DNA of 64,000 bases, from the NCBI GenBank assembly GCA_037447605.1, contig CM074804.1, positions 4,317,909-4,381,908 of the forward strand. The letters run 5' to 3'. The stretch comes from Zygnema circumcarinatum SAG 698-1b. Taxonomy: Eukaryota; Plantae; Zygnematophyceae. Position 1 is the stretch's first letter. The number at the start of each line of letters is the position of its first letter. A model generated the notes under the pieces. That model worked only from the letters and a program-made list of their open reading frames with translations, was not told the origin of the DNA and did not search any database. Position numbers and translations under genes: made by a program. Shown here piece after piece: positions 34,397 to 47,006 of the stretch.

Positions 34397-37300
34397 ATGG
34401 GGCCGGGCAAGGTGAGGCGGCGCGGGGTGTGGGGGGTGGGGGGATGGGGGGAGGGGGGAGAGGGGGAGGGGGGAGAGGGGAGAGGGGAGAGGGAGAGGGA
34501 TGGCACGGCATGAAAGGGAAGGGCCAATGTGGGAGATGGAGGGAGATGAAGAGGGAGGGAGAGGTGGCGTTAGCGAAGAGGCCATTGGAGAGGAAGGGGT
34601 TAGTATGGACTACAGATATAACCACGTGCCAATTGGCATCCTCCTTAGTACAAGCTGGAAGCTAGAGGTACCTCTGGTCTGCATCGTGTGAGAAACCCAC
34701 GATTGAAGTTGTCTGATGATTTCTCAAGTCCATCGACAGGAAACAAATGGAAGGAGATGTTGGCTCAAACTGAAATGTTACATGATGTTTTAGATGTTGG
34801 TATGAAAGCATCGCCTGGATCTTTAGAGTAAGGCTTTCCTTTTTCCAGAGATCTATAGGGGAACATCCTCTGTTTTCATTTCTTTAAATGTACTCTGAAC
34901 GTATGCACTTCAATGTACTTCGTAATTTTCTAACAGCCGCATACCGTCAAACTTGCGGCAGTATGTTTACTGGTAGAAAAAAATACCGTTTAGAAAGTTA
35001 ACCGCGGAGTTCTTGATGCGTTTCGGAAATAATAATATTGACAGCGCTGACGGCCAACCTGTTTTTCTGACAGCTGTAAAGCAAAATCGGAAGTTTGTTG
35101 ACGAGAAGAAGCTGAGAGCTTAGAATTGGAGTGCCCAGCCTTGCCATGCAAATTTTCTGCGTCGTTACGTTTTTGTTGCTTGGCTTCCACCTTTCCGCTT
35201 CTTCCATGCTTGTTGTCTCCGAACAGCTCCTTAAGGAGACAGCAGTAGAGATAGGGTCAGATTTGTGCAGGTCATGATGAGCAGCATGTCGCAGCAGTGG
35301 TAAACGTGACGCTTTATGCTTGCCCTCTCTTTCTTGTGCTGTGTGAACGCAGGCAAACCAGTCGTCAAAACTCGGCATCGTAGTGTTCGACCTGCTGATG
35401 AGACCAACCGTTTGCGTGATCCTCGTGATTGTGACCGTGCCGCTGATGCTTACAGATTTGGCAACGCTTTGGGGCCACCCGTCTCTCACAACTGACTTAC
35501 ATCAGAAAATATCTTCAGCAGCTGTTGGCTTTTTGCGGAAAAAAGGAGTTATTGTTGAAACAGCACCGCTTGAAGGAGTTAAAGAGCTTTATGATGTAAG
35601 CGCATCGTCCACATTCGTTTGGCTCATTCTAAGAGCTAATCCGCATCCCCTCAGTTTTTTTTTTCAGTGCTGCTAGCCTCTCTACCTGAAACCAATCCAC
35701 CGGAATGTTTAACCCGCAGTCAGATGTCCAATGAAATTCATTGGGACACCTTGTTCACTTTTTGTGTTTCAACCTTCAAGAAAGTGATTGTGCGTTGCTA
35801 GAAACAGAACTGCGAAAAATGCCCAGCGTTGACCAGGCCTTCCGTAATGTGGATCGTAGAAGCTCTTTCGCTGATGTATTCCCTTGTCCGTGTTGTTCGT
35901 GGGTGAAGGTTTGGACACAAATGTACAACCTATCTGGTTCCGACGTTCCTATGAACATCACCCCTCCACTCGGGTGGTTCAAGGGCCGCGAGTATCCTCT
36001 CGCCCCGCATTTAGAAGACTGCGAATTCGTCACTCGGCAGAGAATGGCGTGGGAGACGAGAGGACCCGCTGGGGAGCCGCCGCCCTGGCTGACGCCAAAG
36101 GAAGGCTTGACCGCTGCCGATCCCCCCTGGGTGAGCCCACTCACCCTTTCCTTCCATTGCCCTCCTTATCCCACCCTGCCCAGTGTCCTTTCGTCCCGGA
36201 ACCTTCCTTCACTTTGCCTTCTTTCACGCCGCCCCGGCTCATCCTTTCCCTTTCCCTTCCTTCACGCCGTCCCGTCCCTTCTTCACGGCCTCCCGCCACC
36301 TCCCTTCTCTTCCCCTTCCTTCCCCCCCCCCCTCCCCCCCCGTCTCCCCTCCACTCTCTTCCCTTCCCCTCCCTTCTCTTCCCTTTTCTACACGCCCCTT
36401 CCCCTCCCTTCTCTTCCCTTCCCTCCCTTCATCCCTCCCCCCCCTTCTCTCCCTTCACTCTTCGTCCCTTCCCCTCCCTTCTCTTCCCTTTTCTACACGC
36501 CCCTCCGTCCCCTCCCTTCTCCCCTTCTCTTCCCTTTTCTACACGCCCCTCCGTCCCCTCCCTTCTCTTCCCCTTTCCTCCCCCCTCCCTCCCCCCCCGT
36601 CTCCCCTTCACTCTCGCCCCCTTCCCCTCCCTTCTCTTCCCCTTTCCTCCCCCCCCCCCCCCCTCCCCCACTCTCTTCCCTTCCCCTCCCTTCTCTTCCC
36701 TTTTCTACACGCCCCTCCGTCCCCTCCCTTCTCTTCCCCTTTCCTCCCCCCTCCCTCCCCCCCCGTCTCCCCTTCACTCTCTTCCCTTCCCCTCCCTTCT
36801 CCTCCCTTTTCTACACGTCCCTCCGTCCCCTCCCTTCTCGTCCCTTTTCCTTTCCCCCCCCCCTTCCCCCCCGTCTCCCCTTCAATCTCGTCCCTTCCCT
36901 TCCCTTCTCTTCCCTTTTCTACACGCCCCCTGTCCCCTCCCCCTCCCTTCTCTTCCCTTTTCTACACGCCCCTCCGTCCCCCCCCTTCTCTTCCCCTTCC
37001 CTCCCTTCTCTCCCTCCCTTCCCTCCCTTCTCTCGCTTCCCTCCCTTCATCCCTTCCCTCCCTTCTCTCGCTTCCCTCCCTTCATCCCTTCCCTCCCTCC
37101 TCTCGCTTCCCTCCACTCTCTTCCCTTCCTCTCCCTTTTCCTCCCTTTTCTACACGCCCCCCCCGTCCCTTCCCTTCCCTTCTCTTCCCCTTCCTTCACA
37201 CGATCCCTTCCCCTCCCTTGAAGTGCGCGGCAGGTGCGTGGTGCGGACAGCGACAACCTCGCGGGCACGCGCCACACGCAGGCGCTGCTGTGGCAGCGGC

Positions 37301-39888
37301 AGCACCCCCCGGGGGGCTGCACCGGCAAAGGGCTCAAGTTCGCCATCATGCCATGGCTGCCGCGCATGGCGCACGGCCTCGGCTCCACTCTGCACGTCGC
37401 CGCGCAGGCCATGGCCTACTCCATGCCCGCCGGCCGCATCCTCGTGCCCATGCCCAACTTCGAGCGAGCCGAGTACAGCAAGTGCCTCGGTGCGAAGCCG
37501 CTCTTGCCTGGGGGGGCACCTTGTGGGGGTTTGGGGGTGGGTAGGGAGAAAGGCTCCTCTTGAGTGAACAGGATGGCGACGGTTTTTGGTTCAGTGTGTT
37601 TGGAGGTGTCCTGACAGCTTCTCTGAAGATGAAGGGGCTATGAGGGTTTTTGCGTGGTTTGCTTCATTTGGGATTTGGTAGAATGGTGGAGGTAACTGAA
37701 GGCGAGTCTCTCGGCTGTGCTGTGCATCAGGCGACGCCTACAAATCACTCGACTGCTACTTCTTTGGCATAGTGTCGCAGAGCTGCAGTGAGCAGGCCAA
37801 CCGGCTTCTGAAGAATCAGAGGGATGAGGATCAGAATTGGGATATGGACGAGTGGGAGCGTATGCAGTTGAATGTGACGGTGCTCATCATGCGTCCAGAG
37901 AGAATTCCACGCAACAATTTTTGGGCCCCCCCGTACGATGCAGCTGCACTTGTAGGCCTCAGTGCGCATGATTTGTGTCTGAATAATGGTGACGAATGCA
38001 TATGGATACATTCTCGGCAGCTGTCCCAAATTATCTCCATCAACTTACGTTTCACTCCTTCCAAATCCGCTGTCTTCTGAATTGGTTTCGCTTGTGTTCG
38101 TTTGTCTGACACGCACTTTATGAAAGCTCAACCAAAAACTGAGAAAAAACCCATCTTTTAGAGCAGATAATGTGGTTCATGCTGAATGTCATCCCTTTGC
38201 TGAGCAGGGAGTTGGACGCACCGTGGAAAGCGAGCCCTGAAAGCGTAGAGGAGCTGGGCTATGTGCTCAGCTTTGAGGGGAAGCAGAACCCGGGAGAGCG
38301 GACCATCCCTGAGTTTCTTTTGCAGGTGCGGGGCCTGCTTTTGAGCAAAGATGCACTGTTTTGTATTCGTGTGTTCATTGGTTGTCGAGTAGGTATGCTA
38401 GGTAAATGGAGTACTGTATAAGAGTTGGTCAAAGACTGTCTCTTTTGAGCCAGTAGGGTGCTGTCATCCTAAAGACAATTTTAAGGTCCCCGCGAGCCTT
38501 TTAATTGGCCACTCGAGCGACCTTTACCCTCCTTTGCCATTGGCACATGATTTGAACTTGAAATTCCGCCTCTGAGGGTATTACTACCGCATAGGGGAGC
38601 CTTTTTTCTCTCTCCCTATGACTAACTCCTCGTGCGACAAAGCACTCCGAGAAGGACTCTCTTGGTAATCTAGGTTTGACACGGACTGCAATGTCAAGGT
38701 CCTCGTCTCGCGCTGCTTTGCCTGTAGTTCTAAATGCCGTCCTCGACAATGTTTGCAGAGCGAACTCTTTTTTGCAACCTGCGTTCATGCGTTACTCTTT
38801 TTGGCAATGTTTTTCAGTCCGGTTGGTGGCGCGCCCAATTCAGTCGCTACACGATGCGATGGCCGAGGAAGGAGGTCTGCCATGCGACGAACAAGGCCCG
38901 CCATGAAGTGTACGGAATGGAGGTAGCTGCCGGCGTTGTCTCTTCCCTCCCCGGCCTCCAGCTGGCGGAGCGAGAGAGTGCCGAGTTCACTCCGGATGAA
39001 GGGGACACTTTGCGGTCCATCGATTTGAGCACTCGCCCGTTGGAGAAAACGTTGTGGAGAACGGCTGAGCCGTACGTTCCCCGGCCCATTGCCAGCGTGC
39101 ACGTGCGGCAGTGGGACAAGGGCATCGAGATGAAGGTCTTCTCCATCTCCTCCTACATGTGGCTCGCTGAACGCCTGCGATGGCACCGTCCCGACCTCAC
39201 TCGCATTTGGCTCAGCACCGAGATGCAGGTGAGAATGACCGGCCTCCAAGGGAGGGCTGTCTGTCTGTGTGGGCCGACGGGCTGTAAACTCGGGAGAATG
39301 AGAGGGGGGGAGTGGTTGGGCATGCAAACTCTTGACTTGTAGACGAGCTCTAAAGGAGTTTCTACATATAAAAATCTTTAGCGAGCGACAGCACATTTTT
39401 CCCATAGCACTGGAACAGGATTCACAGTGCACCACCTGAAGTGGTTTTATGCGCACAAACCTCCATTGTGTGGTATCGGGTGTCTAAGCCGCATTCTCGA
39501 GTTCACGGACCTCGTTTTTAGGGCTTTGGATATCTTCGGAGGTTGATGCTGGCCGTCCACTAACCTCATGGAGGGAGAGGCTGTGCGGCTGCCGCAGAGC
39601 GTGGTTGAGCAGGCGAAGCTGTACCGCTCCTGGAAGTTCTACTACACCAACGTCTCCAGGCTCGATGACACAAAATTGGACACAAGGGCTTCTCCAGAGT
39701 CGTTCTTTTCTCTGGATCAGTTGGGAGACCTTACATTGGAAACATTTGTTCAGCTGCAAATCTCGTCAGAATGTGACTACTTCGTTGGAGCCTTGGCATC
39801 CAACTATGTCCGGTTAATTAACGAGTTGCGAGTCACTGGAGGCCGCTTGAAGGCGGGCTATCTAACAGTAAATTATGATGACTGGTAG
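34397..39888 (+). CDS. GT23/alpha-1,6-fucosyltransferase-like type II membrane glycosyltransferase (At5g28910-like)
   Basis: TM segment VCVILVIVTVPLML (~35410-35455); HGLGSTLH, WWRAQ, PRPIASVHVRQWDK, IWLSTEMQ|SVVE, SECDYFVGALASN, TGGRLKAGYLTVN; stop 39888. 5' exon structure uncertain (MGPGK|gtgagg at 34397). Confidence 0.85.
36130..37225 (+). repeat. Intronic pyrimidine-rich higher-order minisatellite
   Basis: Anchor ttctacacg recurs about 8 times within (CT)-rich units. Confidence 0.9.
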
Positions 39889-40796
39889 CATAAGTATCTA
39901 ATTAAATCAGCTGTAGTCTAAGTCGCCATCTTCTTTGTTTTAGGTGTTCTACTTTTTTGGCAGAGTAAAATTCCTGCCCGTCCTTCTCCGCATTGGTAAA
40001 GGCGGATGTGTTACTTGCTGCCGTTGAATGCCTGAATTGGAAAAACAGCACCATGTCCTAAGAGGTAGCATGTGCACATCTTAGAGGTTTCGGACTTGAT
40101 GTTTCGCAGTGGAAGCTGAGCGTGACAAGTCCGGACGAATACCTTGGGGAATGGAAGTTGTGGTTCGGCGGGGCTCGTCGCCATAGGATTTTCTCGAACT
40201 TTGCAATTGCAGGAGTAGAGTCGAAACCTGGATTGATGGGAATCAGAGTTGCCTTCCACACTGACGAACTTTTTTCCAGTCTTAGACCCTCCTATTCCGA
40301 GTTGTTCCCCCTACGCTATGCCATTTGTTGCTTGCGATTTGCGCTTTCGGTGAAGTTGTAGCTGTTTAAGTCATCCCTTGGAGAATTTAGGCACAGACGT
40401 AGGAACAGGTGAGCAAGAGTTCAGTTAGGAGTGCGCAGGGGACGGGCGTGCGAAGGACAGGCACGTGGAACAGCAGTTCGACTTGGATGTCGGGAAAGAA
40501 AACTGGCTTTAGTACCAAAATTCATTATAAAGTTCTGACGCAAGCTGGCGCAGAATATAGACTTTCAAATGTTTCAATTCCAGAAGTTCAGGATGCGGTT
40601 TCCATCTGAATTTTTTATCTTTGAAATTTGTGTATGAGTCTAAATGGACAAGCGCAAAAAAACCAGGTTCAGCATTTTCCCAAACTCTGACTTCGGCTTT
40701 TAACATTTTCAATTTCGTTTTAATTTTTCCTTTTAAATTGCAGTATACGGGTGTGAAACATAGGCGGTATAGTTAGAGCTACCGTAGCTTGTACTT

Positions 40797-41737
40797 TAGG
40801 GGTGCAACTACCGGCAGCAATCTGCACATTGTGTATTGTGCAGTGGTTTTTCTACATTTGTGCCTTTTGTACTTCGCATTATGTATGCAAAATATAATAC
40901 ACAATGCAGAGCGCATTCTCTACATTCTGCCCTGCGCATGCATTCTGCCCTGTTGTATTTTCAGTTTGCATTCAGCTGTAAAATGCAAAATAAAATGCAA
41001 TGAGAAAAATGCAGAGTGCACGGTACATTCCCTACACGTGCATTGTGCATTTGCATTCAAGTGCGATGCAGGAGGCAAATCGAGAAACCCTAATGACGAA
41101 GGGCTCCCAGCGGCAGGTGATGCGGCACAGAGCGACCGTACCGTACCGCGCCCGCGGGCGCGCGGCGGGTCGAAGCGGGGTCTGACCGCCTCTTCGCGCA
41201 ACGGAAAGGCCCTTAATAAAAGAATAGCTCTTTCCTTTCGTCCTCAAGTCGTTTGTGCCCGGTTCCTCTTGGGTTTCCCTGTTTTTGTTCATGTACCTTT
41301 GATGGCATCGCCATCCTCAATTCAATGCCAATTCACTCGTCTTTGCAAAATAATATGCAGAACCAACGTGAACTGGTCACTTGAAAACGAAAATGTTGCT
41401 TCTAGGCCTCACAGCACGGCTCAAAAAACAGCCGCGAAGGTTGCCAATGTGGGGCACACCTCACCTCGCGATGGCCAGTCAGTCTCTAAGCATGGCACAG
41501 TCGTTCCGTTCCGTTTCGTACTGCCGCGCGAAACAGCATCAAGAATTGGGCTGTGCGGTGTTGCTGCCCTGCCCCTGCTGCCGCCGTGGCCTCTAGGGTC
41601 TCCCGACTTGTATGTTGCATCATGCATTTTGTAATTTGCATACAGAATGCACAATACGTGGCACTTCCCAATGCACACCGTAAACAGTGCACAGGCTGCT
41701 GCGCAGTGCAGTGCTGCCGGCTGCCGCTGCAGTCCTC
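40797..41737. mobile_element. Old inverted-repeat element with TGCA-rich arms (hAT-like start TAGGGGTGCA)
   Basis: Left AGGGGTGCAACTACCGGCAGCAATCTGCAC resembles the reverse complement of the right end AGGACTGCAGCGGCAGCCGGCAGCACTGCAC; shared tgtatgcaaa. No TSD. Confidence 0.4.
41245..41335 (+). repeat. Family D copy 6
   Basis: gttcatgtacctttgatggcatcgccatcctcaattcaatgcc. Confidence 0.75.
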
Positions 41738-42804
41738 AAGCGCGAGCTGCAGTCCCGACAAGGCCCGTCCCCGCCTTCCCCCCCCCCTCCCCCGCCCTTT
41801 CCCCCCTCTGTTTGATTAGACGGTCGTCCCGCATGCGTACAGGTCGGTATACCCCCGTTCCTCGTTGTCTCTCTCTCTCTCTCCCCCCCCCCCTTCTCCT
41901 GTTCCTCCAGCCGCCGCCCGCCGCCGCCCTCTCCCTCGCCCGCCCGGCCTCAGCGCCGTACGGCGGCGTCCGCAGCTGCGCCACGTGGCAGTCGCAGTCG
42001 GCGCCCCCTGCGCATGCGCGTCCATCCGCGCGGGAGTTGCGGCGTGACGCGCGTGACGCTGGCCGCCGCGAGCGCGGGTTCGAGCCCTCGCCTGCGCGCA
42101 CGTCCCGCGGCGCTGCGACGACGTGAGTCGCGTCACGCGCCCCCGCCCGCCCTCTCCGCAGGAAGGACAACGTGTTGTGCTCGGGACAAGGTTTTGCGAG
42201 ACGCCACGTTGATGCCACGTGGACGCAAGCCGCGCGCAGCGCAGCCCCTCCCTCCAGCATTCTCCATCCGCTCTCCGTCCCCTCCAACGAGCTCGCACGT
42301 GCGGGCGGTGCAGTTCGCAAGTCGCCGTTGCAGGGTGTGCGCACTGTTGCGTTTCGCGTCCAAGGCAGGCGCCCGCCCGCCGTAACGTGCGGGGGGGCGG
42401 CGGGCGGCGACGTTTGGATCGGCGCGCCGCGCGGCCGAGTGGCCGTACGCGAATAACGACGCGCTGCCCCCGCCCGCACGGCCCGCGCGTGGCCGGCGGT
42501 TTGTCGTTACGCCAACGGGCCTACCGCCCACGTAGCCTGCCCGCTTTCGGCGTTACTATCTCATGGCGGCCAATCGGGAGGCGCCACGTCCACCCCGCCC
42601 TCGCGCGCGCGGGGCCGCTATTTGGGCGCGCGGGAGGGCCCGTACTGCCCCCCGGCAGGCAGGCAGGCAGGCACTTAACGGCCGCGACCCCTCCCGGCCT
42701 CCACTCCTCCCTCCCTCCCTCCCTCACTCCCTCACTCCCTCACTCCCTCACTCCCTCACTCCCTCCCCTCCCTCCGCCCCCCTCCCCCGGGAAGCATGCA
42801 ATCC

Positions 42805-43566
42805 ATGGCGGCCGCCATCCTCCTCGCACTGCTGGCCCTCACGGCGCCGGCGCACTCCGCACGTGCAGCAGCCCAGAAGCTGTCAGCTCTGAGCACTGAA
42901 ACCCTGAAAGCCCCGAGTTCATGCAGTGTGGAACTCGCCGGGTGGCAGAAGCATGAGAACGTGCTCCCTCGGGGGAGCTGGGAGGGGTTTTCCGCAGAGA
43001 GTGCCGCCGCCTGCGCGGCAGCGTGCAGCGCCAACTCCTACCGCTGTGCCGCGTTTGTGTGGAACGAGGCGGGCCGCCTCCCGCACTCAGACAGCGCCAC
43101 GTGTCAGTTCGTCACTGAACTCCGTGGCCTCTCCTCCAGCATGCCCGGAAGCGTCGATCTTTACACGCCCTGCTTCGGTATGCTTCATTTCCTTTCTTGT
43201 GCAATAAGAGGACCTGGGAGCCGTTATTAGAGAGTAGAAGTTGGGGTTTAGAATAGAAGAAATGATTTTTTCATTGGGCTACGTGGCAGGTGGGTGTGGC
43301 GCGGTGATACCCGGCTTTGAGAAGCATCGCAAAACCTTCCCCATGGGGACGTATCAGGAGGTCGCGATGGACAGCGCGGCTGCATGCACGGCTGCGTGCG
43401 CCGCCGGTTGGAAGACATGTGTGGCCGCAGTGTGGCAGGAAACAAAGGCCATGCCGGACGCCGTGGCGGGGAGTTGCTTCCATGTGGAGGAACTGACGGG
43501 GTTCAACGAGTACATGCCGGAGGGCGTGGACCTTTACATGAGCTGCGTGGCGAGGAGCTACAGTTG
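42805..43566 (+). CDS. Small secreted protein with two tandem six-Cys PAN/Apple-like repeats, 2 exons (42805-43177, 43290-43566)
   Basis: Signal peptide MAAAILLALLALTAPAHSA; both repeats show K-H, SAAACxAAC-x6-C-xAxVW, C-x4-EL and MPxxVDLYxxC; phase-1 GT-AG intron at the repeat junction. Confidence 0.88.
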
Positions 43567-44754
43567 AAACTTGAGCATGCGCGGAGATCAACGGGTACGG
43601 GAAGGAGAAGGGAAATCAGTTTGTGGAATGTTCCAACGCTTGGATTGTTTGAGGTCGTGATATACTTTGTTTGTCCTCCTTTGGAATTGTTTGTGCTCAC
43701 CAAGTGTTTGAACGCTTATAGAAGCATCAAGCGTGGGTTTTTCGCTTTGTTACGCGTATTATTCGTGAAAGTTCAAGAATTTCGTATCGTGCATAGTCGG
43801 TAGATAGATGCACCTTAACAGCAAAAACTCACTGACGCACGGCACGTTCGCGCGTCCGCTTGACCTGGTCAGGTTAGTCACGCATCTAATCAGGGAAAAC
43901 GAGTCATAGGCATTCCCCATTTTTTCACTATCTCATTCATTTATGCTTTTCCGTCGCACAGTGCTTCGATGCTGAACACGTGACTTCGTGGTTATCGTCC
44001 TGCAGATACTCTCGGACGACCTATTTCTGCTGGGAAAAATTCCACGCATCTCCGGAGTTCCGGGACACATCCAATAAGCAGCTGGACCTGTGCCCGCGCA
44101 GCGCTGTCGAGGAGATTCAGTTTCCGGCTTCTCCCTGAACTCCACCCCTTTTTTGTGGTTCTTCGTCCGCTCTCGTTTTGCCAGACCGTCATTTTGGTCA
44201 ATGTAGCCATGGGGCAGAGGCGTTGATGCTTTGCCTGGGGGTGGATGGCGGATTATGGAGAGAACGCCCCCCCTCTCTCTCTCCCTCCCTCCCTCTATCT
44301 CTCTCTCTCGTCCACGACCAAGTTATCCCTAAGTGTAATCTGTACGATAGGTTTCGCCCACTTCTGTGGAATTTTTCAATCAAGCTTCCTTGCTCGATGT
44401 AGAGTTGGTTAAATTGTTTGAGCTTGCCTTTAAAACGAGGCCTTCAAACAGAGCAAGAAAAGTTCGGATCATCAACTGTCATGTACCATGATAATGTTTG
44501 TGTTGAATGATATTAAAATGAGAAGTAGAAGTTGGTGCCACTGTCATTATCGCTATCGCGCGTCGCTTGAGAAGTTAATCCAATCTGCTTGTTGCACGTG
44601 AAAATTTGATTATTTATATGTTCATATAGTGAAGCTTAATAGATGTTTGTTGATTTACCTCTCTCGTTTATCACTTCAAGCTCGATTTAACCTTCATTGC
44701 TATTTGCCAATTAACTATCGAAGACACACTCGAAATTGAGTGTTTTGGTCAGGC

Positions 44755-44860
44755 AAAGGAAGTGGCATTGATCTCACGATGGTGATGATGCCATCAAATG
44801 TACATGGACAAAATCATCATGGGGAACTACGAGGAACTGGTCGCGAAGGACCTACGTTAT
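44755..44860 (-). repeat. Family D copy 7
   Basis: aggaagtggcattgatctcacgatgg...gccatcaaatgtacatggac...catggggaactacgaggaactggtcgc. Confidence 0.85.
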
Positions 44861-47006
44861 GGTCCGTTTCCTTGTGCGTACAATGAAGCCATCTCTGACG
44901 TTTTGCGTACGTCAGGAGGACGCAAGCGCATTCCCTTGGTCCAAACAAGCCAATGCGTGCACGTGCCCGCCTGCAGCGCACAGTTAGTTCGCGAGGCAAG
45001 TGGGCGGGCGGGCCCGAACCTGGCCCCGAAGCGCCATCCGGAGCGCGTCCGAGCCACCCGCACACGCCGCGCTTCACGGGCCAAATGTCGTTAGCGCCGC
45101 GCCTGTTTGGCGGTTGGAGGGGCAACGGTTTTACCGGCCGGTGGGCGGCGGCGGGCAACTGCCGGCCAGGCGGTTAACGCGTGGCCTGATGTCCGCCGGG
45201 CTTGCTGACGCTTACGATGATGCCATCCAGCACCCTGTGCTCTTTGCCGGGACGCCTGCAAGCTTGCCACCTGGCACAAAAGACAGACAGGACAGGACAG
45301 GACAGGCGACAGGACAGGACAGACAGGACAGACAGACAGGAGGACAGGAGTCCCGCGATGCCCGCGGGTCGTAGTTTTGTCATTACCAATGACTTCAAGC
45401 ACAGGCAAGGGTCGCCCTGGCGTCAGCGCACTGCAGCCAGCCGACGCAAGCACGCACGCACGCACGCAGCGAGGGCGGGAGTCGGGGCCGGCTCGAGCGA
45501 TTCGGCGAGTGGCGCGCGGAATGCAAGGCTGCCGGCGGGTGGACGCCATGCCCTCGCCGTGCACCCATCAACGCGCGCCCCCCTCGGGCATGCTCGCGGC
45601 AAGCGTCGCCTGGCCCACAGCGCATGGACGTCGCTCGCAGCGCGCCGCGCTTCCATGCTCCTTCGGTCACAGTTGTTAAGGACCGTCTCGGCCGCCTCCA
45701 GCGCGTGTCCCACATTGGCGACCTTCGCAACCAGGCTTTAAAAGCCGTACTGATAGGCTTAGAACTAGACTTCCGCTTACAGTCTTTCATCCGTTCACAG
45801 GTCATTTGCGAGCGGTTGACATTTGATTGCACAGTCTTTTTTCATGTTCATTTGATGGCGATACTGAAGAATAACCTTCCGTAGAAGATAAAAGAATGCT
45901 AAGTCATTTCCCTATATGCTATACCAGCGGTTGCCCAGTCATCAAGAAATAAAAAAAGCTGACTTAAAAGTCCTCGTGATGGTCCAGCCATCTCAAAAAA
46001 AAACAATCTCCGCCGAAGTCCGATATGTTGAAAGCCGTACAACCGGACATGGAGCTGTACGGAAAATTTATACGGAAGTAATGTACGTGACTGTACAAAC
46101 GGATTTACGCGTGTCAAGTGCTAGCAAAGAGTTGTGAATCCCTAGACCTTCGATCGTATGGATCATGTTGTTTTTGGCGGCTGGGTTTTAGGAAGGAATT
46201 GTGTAAGGTTACAGCATTCTGAGACTGTGACAGTGAGCCTCGAGGGACAAGCATAGGATGCTTCTGCTCCAGGTCTGGTTTGGATGAAGACCTTTTGGGA
46301 TAAGTGTGTTGTGTATTGAGTGCTGATCTGAAGTGTTGCATGGTTGAACTTGACTACTATGTCTAAGAAAGGGAAGTCCTCCAAAGATGTAAACAGAAGA
46401 AGCTGTGCAGGAAGCAGGACTCAGTCCACCACGCAACGCCCCAACACCCACACGAGAAAGTGCCAAATACTGTACAAAACAGTACAGTACAGTACTGTAG
46501 TTGCAAAACGAACAAAACTCGAACCCGACGGGTCGACCGCCCGAGGCCAAACGGCGCCCCGCCCGCCGTCCGCCGTACGCCGTCCGTCCTGGCCTTTCCC
46601 TGGCGCCGTCTCCTTCACGTCGGGCCAAAACGTTCCGCCGCCGACCACGTATTGTAACGGGCGGCGCGTCGTGCCTGTACGGCCTCGCGCGGGACAACAA
46701 AGAAAGAACGAACGAAACCACGCGCAAGTCTCGCGAGTCGCGACTAACTCCTCCGAGGAAACCACTTGAAACCACGAAAAGGGTGCGTCAGCCCTACTGC
46801 ATCGGAGTTTAGGTCAAACCAACTGGTGACCCTCCGGTCAAAGCTCCTGCGAACTGTTTCCATGCTGCAGTTCCGCCTGCGGAACAGCCGAAATCGGCAC
46901 ATGTGAAGGGCACTCGACTTGAGGGACGCGTCACGTCACGCGCGGCTCTCCTGCCCCCTCCGCACTCCCCGTCCCCCTCCCGCAGGAGGGGAAGCGCTCG
47001 GACGCC

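Noticed and set aside
35741-37567. 608-aa Pro/Ser-rich ORF resembling an extensin
   Set aside because: Reads through a pyrimidine minisatellite lying inside a GT-AG intron of the glycosyltransferase
40509-40712. 67-aa minus-strand ORF with protein-like composition
   Set aside because: No family motif and no linked exons identified
45423-45760. Minus-strand ORF LVAKVANVGHALEAAE...
   Set aside because: Its shared peptide with the 41430 region reflects DNA repeat family E, not coding conservation
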